Of a stretch of DNA of 64,000 nt, positions 42,646 through 62,437 are shown piece after piece; position 1 is the stretch's first letter; every line of letters starts with the position of its first letter. Under the pieces are notes generated by a model. The model was not told the DNA's origin. It made no database searches and saw only the letters and a program-made list of their open reading frames with translations. This DNA is from Vermamoeba vermiformis (lineage: Eukaryota), in the NCBI GenBank assembly GCA_045837725.1, contig JBEWZL010000151.1:62001-126000 (forward strand). The letters are read 5' to 3'. The translations under genes and the position numbers were made by a program.

Positions 42646-45279
42646 CTAAAAAGTGACATTTGCAGCGCCGAATAAATTCTTTGCGATCATAACAATTTCC
42701 ATTTTCTTTTCCAATTCTACGGCTGCGTTGAACTCAAAGTCCTTGATTTTCAGCCATACATTTTCAATGTCCAATCGATTGTTGTTTCTGTACAGTGTCA
42801 CGATCAAATCCCACGCGAACTCGAATGAGTCCTATTAAATAAACCACAATAATTAATATCTGATCAATTCGCCTAAACAAATAAAAATTCTATTCTATTC
42901 TATTCTATTCTGATCAATCGACAAATTTTTCACGGTCAGATGTAGATCCGATCCGCCGAGCTAAGAGCGAGAAATTTCGATATGTTCTGCTTCATAATAA
43001 TAAAAATGATATTTACCTCAGGTTCTTGTGATTGTGATTTGCCACGCTTCATATGCGTGACTTGAATGTGATTGTTTGGTTGCATTTCAACGACGATTCG
43101 CCAACTATTGCTCACATCGACCACTGGATATGACACGAACTATAATAAGCAAAAATAAAATTAATAAAATTTGAATAAAATAAACTTAATAAAAATTGAA
43201 CATGAGACAAAAAAATTCGAAACAAACGGATCTGCTCCAGGTCAAAATATTTGTCTTAATTATGTATGAAATATTATTTTGGTATAATTATGAAAATTGA
43301 CTTACTTTGGTTTTTAAGGCCCAATAAGCTGGCGCAACAAAGGCTTGATTAGTGATCGACTTCAACAATTGCAAGACAATGTCGCGTTCAATGTCTTCAG
43401 GCGACTTCAAATAAACATTTGTAAAGAAGTTCGATACGGCCTTAATATCATCGTTCTTGAGATTTCCGTCCACGATGAATGTATCGAGCACATTGATAAT
43501 GTTATCTTGCGGCTCATCGAGGGCAACTTTTAAGTAACACAGCAGATCTCGCATGTGAACCAAATGACTATTAAAAAAAAAGAATATTAACTACTAATCT
43601 ACGATAAAGGTTATCGAGGTAAAATTTAACTGTGAAAAAATTGGTGTCAAAAATGACACGTGTCATTTGAATTTTTCACGGTGTCAAAATTAGTTGATTT
43701 TGAATAGTTGGATGACGTATTATAGTATTATAGCGCTATAAAATAATAATATAATAACAAAGTGAGGTTTTGGATCTATTGCAAATTTGAGTGTGACACG
43801 TGTCATCATTAAATTTTCACGACAAATCGACTGACTTACATTTTCTTCTTTTCTGAGGGATCTAATTGAACTTCACTTGCTGTATTATTATTTTCGGTAT
43901 TAGTGCCATTAGCTGCATTGCTTTCTTCTAATTTCCTCAGCTCGTTCTTCGGCGAATTCAAAATTACATCGCCTTTGCAAGAGAATTACATAAGTATTTC
44001 GAAACGACAGATGTATATTAATATTAATTAGTATATTAATAAATAAATACCTTCTTCGTCGATAATTTCTACGTTTCGTGACAGACGCACAAAGTCAGCG
44101 AAAAAACTATTTGGATGTGGTTGTTGCCATTTAGCTTTCAACGCGTTTTCTATCATAACATTAATACCATAATTTATACATAATATTCGAATTGAATTAA
44201 TCAATATTTGAATGGTTGATCCGGCGGCGGATCTGGTTTAAGTCTAAATTTGGACAAAAAAGAATATTACTTACTGACGTGATTTTGATCGATCAAATTC
44301 AATTCTATAATGGACCGACGCTTATCAGACTTATTATTCATATTTGCACTATTGATACTAGGCTTAGAATCAACTGGCAGATCAGTCACATTTCCAATCG
44401 TAAATTTTCTGTCGCGAGGGACTAATGTCGGAGTTGTCGCTGACATGGCTTGAAAAATAAAATTAATAAAAAATATTTGCAATCGAAATTGATTGGTAAT
44501 AATAAAACTAAGACACAAGATCCGGCAGAACGACTTTAGCCGAAGAAATTAGTACTTAAATGCGTATAAAAATTTCATTATATCGAATAATTATTTTTAG
44601 CAATAAAAAGTGATTTTCAGGCCAGGGATTAAAGCTGGATCTAACGGTCTAATTTAAGAATAATTTTAAAAATCTGAATTCGCTTTCGAAAATAAAGACT
44701 TGCAAAAATTCTAATATAATACGAGTCATATGATATAATCATAATAGGATTAGCACTAAATAATCGAATACTTACAAACAGCAACAGTTCTTGGCTTGAG
44801 ATCGTCATTTTCTTCTTGCTCTTCGCGAGTTTTTTTATCCGCGCCTAATTTTGAGCTCTTATGGACTGAAAATGCCTTTTTTAATCGTTTCTAATGAAAA
44901 AATAAGCGTTAGAACCAGATTTGAATTTTGCCGCAAGCGAATCTGTGGTGTGATGAAAAATTAAGTATTAATAGTATTATTGTAGCTATTGTATATATGA
45001 TTATAATATTATTTTCGATTTTCGGTAGATTTCGGCAAAGATTTAATTTCGATAAGATTTTGTAACTTCGATCTACGATTTGCAAAAAGAATAACGGCCA
45101 AATAGCGCATAAATTTGATACGCATTTTTGCTGTTATTATTCATGATCGCTAGAATTATTTAGTTGATTCGAATCTGCGCAATGATATCGATCGTTTTTA
45201 AACTTACTCGGCTGGGCGTTCGAATGACTTTATTTTCACGAACTTTTAATTCTCCAGCGCTCTTTTGACGCTTGAGCAT
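42646..45279 (-). CDS. Protein with low-complexity N-terminus and C-terminal domain resembling the amoebozoan GlfB C-terminal domain
   Basis: Exons run from MLKRQKSAGE to YPVVDVSNSWRIVV..IQVTHMKRGKS..FEFAWDL..LKIKDFEF..NVTF*; the domain name is from recall, not a search. Confidence 0.65.
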
Positions 45280-45869
45280 TGGTAAACAGGCCTTATTACT
45301 GTAATGACATCAAATAATTAATGTAAATAACCTGGATTTAGTTCTCGAGTGGAATATCAACTTGCCTCATTCAATAAGGACCAATAAACCAAGTCACAAG
45401 TTCGTAAATTAGTCTTGTTATGGTTCGTCAAGTTTAAACTGCCGAAAAATGGGCTTATCGAAAAGGAGGCAAAATTAGAACCTCCGGATTCCGATTAGAA
45501 CGCCCACATTTGGAGCATCAAATAAGAATTCCTCAATGCAGTATACATAATTTTGTGGGTATTTGCTACCTATCAGAGCGCCGCTTACCGAGTTTGAGAC
45601 CAAATCTGATCTGGCGGAATTATGACCGTTACTTTAATTAACATAATTTCAACTTTTATATTAGACGATATGCTCTATATTTCTCAATTATGAACAAGGT
45701 AATCACTCCAGATTTTTTGAATTTATGATTTTAATTTTGGATCCTCCATTTCCAACGGCCAAAATTCCCGCAAATGCTCTTGCTTTAATTGCAATAAAAA
45801 TACACTACAAGTCACTATGCTTTTTAAAAATAAATTTGGCACTAGGCCAATAATTTGTAGCTTCACGTC

Positions 45870-48506
45870 CTATTTTCTCAGCTTGTAGAATCTGAAAGCG
45901 GCAAAAGCACCAGCAGCAGCGAGCAAAGCAACTCCAGCGGCTTTGATTAAAAATTTAATTTGCTCTTCGCGCTCTTCTCGTGCAGCCATCTCTTCAACAG
46001 CGTCGTAGGTCGTGTCGAACTCGGTCATACTAAGCTCGGTCATTAAAGCAAACATGAAATCGTCGGTCTTGGCGTGCACTTTAATCGTGGCAAATTCGTC
46101 GTAGGGCGTTCTTTGCAGATTGACGATGAATAACTAAATAAAGAAATTAGTATAGGCGGATCAACATAGCGAGCTTAGAATAAACTGCAACACATCAAAG
46201 TGATGGTATATGGTTCATACAAATATTTTTAAGATCGATTAAACCATATTAGAAGGTTTAGGCGATTAAATGAAAGATGACAGATCTGGATCCGTGGATG
46301 TGGTCATGTTTGACTTACTTTTCCTCCATTAACAAGAGCTTTGTCAGGTAATGAAGCAGCAGGCTGCACGTTCATGCTCGTTCCCATCACTAAGGCAACA
46401 TCACTAATGCGCGCGTTCTTCACTGCTGGGTCCCACTCACGTGGCGGAACGGTCTCAGTAAAGTGCACAATAGTGTCCTTCAATTTTCCGCCACAAGCAC
46501 AATATCGTCCTAAAATTATAGTGAGTGATAAGTATTAACTATATTTAAGTAAGAGTATGATATAGACATACCAGTAAAGTGGCTCCAACGATCTTCTCGG
46601 CTGGTCAAAGTATCAAATGATCGCAAATATTCTCGCTCGCAGTCGCCGCAAATCTCACGGTAGCTGTAACCATTAACGTTAAAATTAAGTCTTAAAGACG
46701 AAGTGAGTTTATATTTGCTTACCAGTTGCCGTGCATTTCGGAAATTTTGTTGGCGGGAACACCTGACTTGCGGTGCAAGCCATCAAGATTAGTCGATGAG
46801 ATGAACTTCACAATATCTTTTCGCATAAGCTCCATGAGGGCATAGTGCGCGTAAGTAGGTTTAGCATCGCCTAACTCGACTTTGCCAAACACAGCAGCGC
46901 CTTTAGATCTCATCGTCCAAACTCCCTTAGGACCACGATAATCTGTTTCATATAATTATTAACATCTCGAATGGCCATAAAAAGTAGTTATATTACCAGG
47001 AAGTGAGGCAGCGGTTGAAATTCCGGCACCAGTGTACACTACGGTATGTTTTGAAGCGCGTAGCGCATCCGCGATCTGCTTGACCTTTTCTTGGAAGACG
47101 TGTGGAGGATCCTCGAACTCCTCAATTTCTTTTTCGTAAAGCTCGCCTACGATGAATAATGGTTAGACTAATGCGTGGTAGAACGAGCATCATTTTCAGG
47201 AAATTTCGTCAAAGTCAGTTTAAGTCATGATTTTTTTTTAAGTTAAGTCACGCCAGTACGCGATGATTTAACAACGCGTATACGAGCATAATATAATCTA
47301 TTTCTTACCGAGCTTTTTATCGGGGAAGTCATCGAAGACTGCATTGTTCTCTTCCGCTACACGCATTTCTTCGAGCACTGTTTCAGCGGTGCGTGCGTAC
47401 GAAGGGTTTTGTTTGTCTTCGAGCTGTGCAGTACGTAATTCTTTGCCTTCTTCCAAGAAACTGACCAGAATTTCGTCGCCTACAATGGTTATTAAGAATT
47501 TCAATTGGATTGCACTATGCTTAAGCATCTATATTTAATTGCTATGGTAGTATGTATTTAGTATATTTACCTTGAGTATCAGGAACATTGAAGGATTTAA
47601 TCAGATCTACAGGCAAAATGCGATGCTTGTTTGGATCAGTGCCTCTACGAATAACGGTTCTTTGGACCTTATTGTCCTTGCAGTTCTTCCAATAGAGTCT
47701 ATCAAAAAGATATATCACGTTAAACTAAAATACGATAACAGATCTAGCAGCTGAACGTACCTGAAGTTTTCAATCAACGTTTCGGAGTCAGAAAATTGAA
47801 TAGTAATTCCTAAATATAGAAATTTGGTAAGTACGAATGATAAAAGAAATATCATGCGAATATTCATTCTCAAGAGTGCAAGGTACGCTACGTAGCGAAC
47901 GGATGTCGATCGACTTAAAATTTAAAATTGGTCTTCTGAAAGGAATGAATTACCTTCGCAGTTATAGAATCGCAATATACGCACATCAACCTCGTCGAAG
48001 AGGATAGTGCAGTTTTTAACGTTGACAAATTCCGCAGTTCGAGAGCCGATAACCGCTGAATCAAGAGTTTGAAGCTGACAGTCCTCGCAATTGTTGTATA
48101 CGACCTTCTTAATCTTCTGATTCATATTAATGGAAAGTTCGCTCTTCTTGACGTTCGTAATAAAGAGGATGTGGTTGTATCTGGTGTTCGACACCTTTCT
48201 GGACCCATTTTCCAAGTTTTCCTGGGGAAAAAATTACTATTAATTTTATTCATAATATTTCATAATGATATTTGAGCATTCAAACCAGAAGAAGCGAATT
48301 TTCATTGTTGCTGAAATTAAATTGGAATTCAAAAATTGTTGTTAATATCAAAGCGCAATTATGAAAAAACAATACGAATTTAATAAACGAACACGAAATT
48401 TAGCGAAAGAAAAGTCGGCCTTAGATAGTTCAAAGACCAGACCAAGATCTAAACTCCTTACAATTTTGACCAAGCGATCGGGAATGTAGACTTTAGGATG
48501 TTCCAT
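45870..48506 (-). CDS. Class IV (SIRT6/7-like) sirtuin with N-terminal C-CAP/cofactor-C-like beta-helix and C-terminal tail anchor
   Basis: [45 protein letters not shown], Cys pairs, LKDTIVHF, MGTSMNVQPAASLP, IVNLQRTPYD; terminal AAGVALLAAAGAFAAFRFYKLRK. Confidence 0.88.
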
Positions 48507-48800
48507 TACTCTTGTGGTTATAATATCCCTTGGTGTGGGTTAATCGAATGTTCAAGTAAAAATCAGCGTAACGGTCGTTGATTTTTTAATGTGACCTTTT
48601 TCAGCTAACGAGAACAAGACCAGCGATCACATGTTTATTTAATCTTATTATGGCAGTTTGCCATAACATTTTGTGGCACTAGTTTTCTTTAATTCCTAAA
48701 TAATTAAGAAGACTGGAAACGTGTCCACTAAAACGAGACCTAAAGTCTCCTGTTTTTGTTCAATCAAGCAAAACGAGTACCACAGCTATACATCTTAATT

Positions 48801-50720
48801 ATGTGGGCCTTAAAGAGTACTTTTGAATCGATCAAGACGAAGATCAGTGGATCGAATAACAATAATACCGAAGAAAATGCACCAAAAGAGACAGATCCAG
48901 AAATCATAAAAAAACAGGAAGAAGCTAGCAAGCGTAGGAAGGAAATGGTAAAGTTTGTAAGTGCAGATCATGTCATTGAAAATTAATTAGATTTTTTCTC
49001 ATTAAATATTTTTCTTAGGGTCTCACCAACATTCTCGCATTCGGCGTGAGTCATATAACTAAGGGGCACGTCCCAAGAGGTAAATTAATGATAGTGTTGC
49101 AATTAGTATATCCGTAAAAGAAATAATTGCGATCAGATCTAACTTTCTATTTTAGAAGCTGTCAAGAATGCGATAGAAGTAGGTTGGGATGCTACAGAGC
49201 TTACGATAGAAACAAGTAAGAATATGATCTTGCTGACGTGGTTAAACACGCGCATAAATTATTCTTACGTGGCAGATCGGGATCTGAACTTATACGCAAA
49301 TTTTTAGGAAAGGAAGTCAACGAAGTCAAGCTATTTTTAGCTAAACAAGACGTGGAGTTCAATGACTTGCGATTCTTCCAACTTGCAGAGCTATGCGCTT
49401 GGCTCTCTTATCACGCTTACGAACCAAAAGACGAATCTGACGCGATGCCGGTTATGTTCAATGAAAAGGTCTCGTTGAACTTTAAATATAAAGAAGTGCT
49501 CAAGTTAATGGACAAGCACGTGTTTTGGTTCGTAGCGCAAGATAAGACGAGAAACATCGTGTACATTGTGTTCAGAGGCACGAGCGTGGCTGGAGATGTC
49601 GTAATAGACCTATACGCTGATCTTCATGCTGTAAGTACTCTATAACAAACGTGTTTATACATACTATTATGGGTGGCAAGTCTATTGTTATTAGTAATTT
49701 TTAACCGAGATCCGCTATACGGACGGTTTTAATAAGTAGTAGTTTGCGCTTTATGTCCATTGAATAATTCGAGCTTTATTACAGGATGATATAGTTAAAG
49801 ATTATATGGCTCATTCAGGCATCTATCAATCTGTTCATAAAGAACTGGATGCGATCAAAGAAGCGATCAAAAACTGCGATGTTAACGAGAAGACTTACTT
49901 CGTGCTGACCGGACATTCGCTTGGCGGAGGATTAGCGACAATGTTGTATACTTACCTGAAGACTAAGAGCGAATACCAAAACAACCGAATGATCGTAATA
50001 ACTTTTGGCGCGCCTTTGGTTTTGGCTCCGAATGATAATGGTACTAAATATACACCATACAATATTAAATATAACAGTTATTTAGTTATATTTCGATGGT
50101 GCATATTAGACGAGCGATCATTAAGTTAATTTTTGTAGGTTGGCCCGAGACACTTCAAGCGATCTCAAAGGACGTCCATAACTTCGTACACAACGCTGAT
50201 ATTATTCCTCGTGTTCTAGGCAACGAGAATGTCAAGTTATTGCCAATGATAGTTGGGGTAAGCACTACCATACCGAGTTTGACACGTGTCAACATGTCAC
50301 TTAACACAGATCCGTGTTCTAACCGAAGCATTTTTTCTTTATAGTTGTTAAAGAAGACTGTTGGCGAATCAGGTGCCAATATGCTATTAGAAGGCCTGTC
50401 TATGAAGGGCGAAAAGTTTGAAGAAAGATTAGGAAAGTACCGACCGTACGGCGAGATCTACTTGCTTTATGGCCAAGACAAAGTACTTCGCGCATCAACT
50501 GACGAAGAAAAACGAAAGATTTTATCGCTTCCTGCGGTGGTACGTCATTTTTTATATCATTTTAGTTTGCCCGACAGAGCTGATCGAGATTTTTTCTCAG
50601 TTGTGTTTTGAAGTTCTTACGCAGCCTAAGAAGGTCTTCGAACATCATGGAATAGGCTTATATTTGGAGTTTCTTAAAGCGACAGTTGTTAGAGAAAAAT
50701 TGAACAGCAACAAAAGCTGA
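48801..50720 (+). CDS. Class 3 lipase (alpha/beta hydrolase), multi-exon
   Basis: YIVFRGT, AHSGIY, VLTGHSLGGGLA, ITFGAP, FVHNADIIPRV, and a C-terminal HHGI His. Confidence 0.92.
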
Positions 50721-51154
50721 TCCACGTAATCAATTCGTTCATGAACCGAGTGGAATGTGAATCTCCGTAACAATTACCAAAAGTATCGTATGAAATCCAC
50801 AACAGTGGTTCTACAACGCGTGGATCGAGATATCTTTACTATATTTGCTACTGTCGTACAAAAATCAGAAAGTGCACATCCGGCTCAATTGTAAGTTATT
50901 TATAAAAGATAATATCGCTCCTTAAGTGGCTAAATTATGTATAGTAAGGTATGAGCACGACGCCCAAAAAGGTATACAAGGCCAAATCTCCAAAAATCTC
51001 AAATTTAGGAGTTTGATTGTCAAATTATTCCGCACGGCGAATTTATATCATTTTCCTGGGTCAAAGGGAATTAAATATACTTTTTATTTACAGGAGCACA
51101 AGAGAGGAGCTCTTACCTTTTTAGCTGCGGCAAAGGCAAAGGCACATCTGGCAA

Positions 51155-53662
<2,508 letters not shown>

Positions 53663-54419
53663 AATATTTTACTATCAACACTGAACTCGTACATTTGTAA
53701 ATGCTAATAAATTTTTGCTGTCAATTTGACCTTGTTTGAGATTTATGAATGGCCGGTGTTTCTTTGCGTTGAAGTAAAAATTGCCCGAGGCAAAAAAAAA
53801 GAAAAAGATCGTGGCCAACGGCTAGCTTTTTCATGTTGCACTAACACTTGATAACACAACTAATAACATGAGGTATATTAATATATTATTGGCGGAGGAA
53901 TGATACCCAACCACTCGATCAAAACTCAAAAGTAGGCTTTTCAACAGAACAAATTAAATAATGCTAGTATAAAGAAGGTGAAATTTTCCGCTTGGAAGGT
54001 AAATTAGCTTCGTTTTTGTTTACGTGATTTCGCAAGATGAGATGCATTCAAACCAATTTAATTAATTCGTTTATTTACTGTGGTGAGTGAAGATATTTTT
54101 ATAGATATCTATTTTTCGAAAAAGTGACATTGGGATATATAACCAATTTTATCTTCACGACATCTAATTTTGATCTGATTTTTTCTTTCTAAATGTAGAT
54201 TGTAAAATGGTGTTTTTATCCATTAATTACATTTATTATTCATGAACATAAATCTACTCGTTTTCTCCGCCTCACGGCCGGTCATTAGACTTCCAAATTG
54301 TCCCGCGGCGCTTGCGCCATTTTTAATCGGACAATTCAAATTACTCTAAGCAATCCAAATATTAATACGACCACACAAGAGCATAGACTATAGACTATAT
54401 AATAACTAATTTTATATTC

Positions 54420-57025
<2,606 letters not shown>

Positions 57026-57384
57026 CAAAAATCGTTTTTGCAATTTGATTAGCACGAACGATTTTTTTGATCATATTGTATTGTATAGTACTTGTTTTAT
57101 TTTCGAAATAAAATGCCAAGTAATTCGGCCACTACAATTTGAATTTACGGATTGGCCAGATGCGAATATTTATTCATCCATGGCATATAATATCATATGT
57201 ACGTATTTATAACGTTGAATTAGAGATTGATCAGAGCAGAAAAATTAGAATTGTAGTTAGCGCGCTTCCGTACAACTTTAAATAACTAGTTATTCGACAA
57301 TGCCGACAAATCACAACTCACCGATAAGGCCATGCATCGTTTGATGAATTATTTCCGTCACTAATCGAAGGTTGGGTCGATTAA

Positions 57385-58636
57385 TCACGACTTGCTTTCC
57401 CATGATATATTCGATTCTCCTTCTTCAGCGTAATCAGAAACACAACCAGAACGGATAATTGATCCGTACAATCTGACCAAAAAATAATCATAATGTAGTA
57501 AATTCGGAGAAAGATTCTGACCAGTGTATTATATTCTGATCAATATTAGACTTGAATGTAGTTCGTGCGCTCTTGCGAATAACAACCACGCAATAAGACA
57601 TAATTACTGCAGCCACAATACCAGAGATGATTAAACCCCACATTAGCTATGATATGAAGCTGTCCTCTTTAGGTAAGACTCAAGAAAAAATAAAATTAAA
57701 ATACTTGGTACAATTTTTTTAAAATTTTAGTAATTATATATTCAGCTTCACTATTGACTTACTTCTCCAAGTAACTTCTGCGAAGCTCCAATAACGTCTC
57801 CACGATTTGTAGCCATCAAACATCAGCCAGACGACTCTCGTTTTCAATCAAAATGTGACCTCTTTAAAGCATAAAAAAACCACTAAGGAAAATGAGAGAG
57901 ACGACCTAAGCGTAAGTTACCCTCGCCACAGTAACCAACATTCGGTTGTTGCATTGAAGAAGTAGAATACTTTGCATTCGACGCCAAGGCACGAGAGAGC
58001 TACGTTAGTTCTATTTATGTTCGGGTTGTTGCCGATCACGTACAAAGATCTGATCAGAAAATTAATTTGGTTTCAGAAAACTCTATGATAGTGATACATA
58101 CGTATAAGCTACGGTCACATTAATATCTCCCGTAACATTTTTGTTTTCTAATTGTAGCGTAGTGAAGACCTCTTCATTTCGCGGAAGCGGATGCACACAA
58201 GGATCTAGTACAATTTATTAATTAATTGTAAATAAGCTAAAAAAATCGTGCAATTACCGATCGTATCGTAAGCACTGTTTGAATCAGACCAAGCGCTCGA
58301 ACCCATGGTTCGAATAGAAGCTAAAAATGACTACAAAATTATTTAAATTAAAATACTATTGAAATAATTTAAAATCATAATAATATCGCTTACGCTGAGT
58401 ACGACCCCATCTTTATTGATCACTCGCATAGGCCCAATATCAAGGCTACTTTGGCTAGTGCCGCTAATATTCCAAGAAAGTTTCCAACCGAACTGACCGC
58501 CCAGGCTAGTATAATTGCGAGCTTCGTTGAATTTAGTCAAACCGTCCAATGAATAGGGAGTATGAAATATATCCAAATCCGCCAGAGCGCATCCGACAAA
58601 AACGCCAACTAGCAAAAAGAACGTATTTGACTTCAT
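57385..58636 (-). pseudogene. Probable pseudogene of a single-pass membrane glycoprotein
   Basis: Signal peptide MKSNTFFLLVGVFVGCALA and TM LMWGLIISGIVAAVIMSYCVVVI are present, but there is an in-frame TAG at 57647-57649 and a stop or frameshift near 57850. Confidence 0.6.
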
Positions 58637-58864
58637 GGTTTCCTTTCTTAGAGAATCTTGTTGCTCATTAATAAGAACGAAAATCCGTCTATTTAAGCTC
58701 AGTACATATTTCGCAGTAAGGAAAAGTCTTACGAATAAGTTTAAACGCCATTCTCAAATTTCGATATTTTACGAAAGACGTGATAAAACTAATGTTTTCA
58801 TTTACTACAAATACAAGTTCTAAAGTACATAATTATATACATATTGGCAGAAAATAGCCGAAAT

Positions 58865-61511
<2,647 letters not shown>

Positions 61512-62227
61512 TATAATATGAAAAATATAACCTCAGTTGTGGTCTACCTAACTGAATATGAAATTGAATGACGAGCGAAACATGAAATTAGCTTTTTATC
61601 GGTTTGTGTCGAGCGGAACAATTTTCCAAACTGAGTCAAAAAAAATCAATTGGGATATTCGTGGAGATCAAATTTGTGCAATCTTTGCTGCGAGAGGAAT
61701 ATTCTCCGTGATTAGCTGAGATTTGTCTCACCGTTAATACAAGAACAGAAACTTTGCCATGCTTCACTTGACACATCCGCATAGTATTCTTTCATTTGGA
61801 TACCAACGTGACTACCAGTATAAAAATATACGGATTACTACTCCTCGGATGCTTTGAGAAAGAACATTCGGAATTTGATCGAAAATTCGATTAAAATTAG
61901 CGATGGGTTCTTTCCCAGCGTACAATCCCCAAACCCCATCTTACAACAACATAATTGTTGCAATTTATCCAACTGACATTTTTCAAGTGATTAAAGTTAT
62001 AAACTGTAATATTAATTGCGCGGCAAATTAGATTAACGAGGCACAGAATGTAATGGATGGGAAATTGAATAGTCTTAACCGACGCTGAAGTTTATTATTA
62101 ATAATCATCCCTTTCTAGTACTTCTTTAAAATCTGTCTAACCAGAAATTTTGGCCGTATATGGTGGTGCTATTTGAAATTTTAAGCTTGGTGTTCTAAAT
62201 TTAAAGCTCAGTTCCGCTTCGATGTCG

Positions 62228-62265
62228 GTATTTACCTTACGAGGAAGTATTTACCTTACGAGGAA
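62228..62265. repeat. 19-bp tandem duplication GTATTTACCTTACGAGGAA x2
   Basis: Read directly in the K3-K4 intergenic region. Confidence 0.9.
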
Positions 62266-62437
62266 TCACGTGGGACAATACACCCAAATCATAAATTCGA
62301 AATCACCAAAAATGGTAATCTGATAACATACTGCCCAACAATTCGTAAGATTCATTCATTTTAGTACACTACGATTTACTATTACATACAAATTGAGGCT
62401 AATATTACAATGAGGTTGATCAAAATAAACGTTTTTG

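Noticed and set aside
42887-42911. (ATTCT)5 microsatellite
   Set aside because: Ordinary short intronic simple repeat.
45870-50720. Sirtuin plus lipase as a Thoeris/EDS1-like immune module
   Set aside because: The sirtuin has class IV deacylase motifs with zinc-binding cysteines rather than a ThsA-type NADase, and the lipase has no recognisable EP domain; only adjacency supports the idea.
57385-58636. Stop-codon reassignment to explain the in-frame TAG/TGA
   Set aside because: Intact genes in the window end in TAA, TAG and TGA, and long exons lack internal stops.
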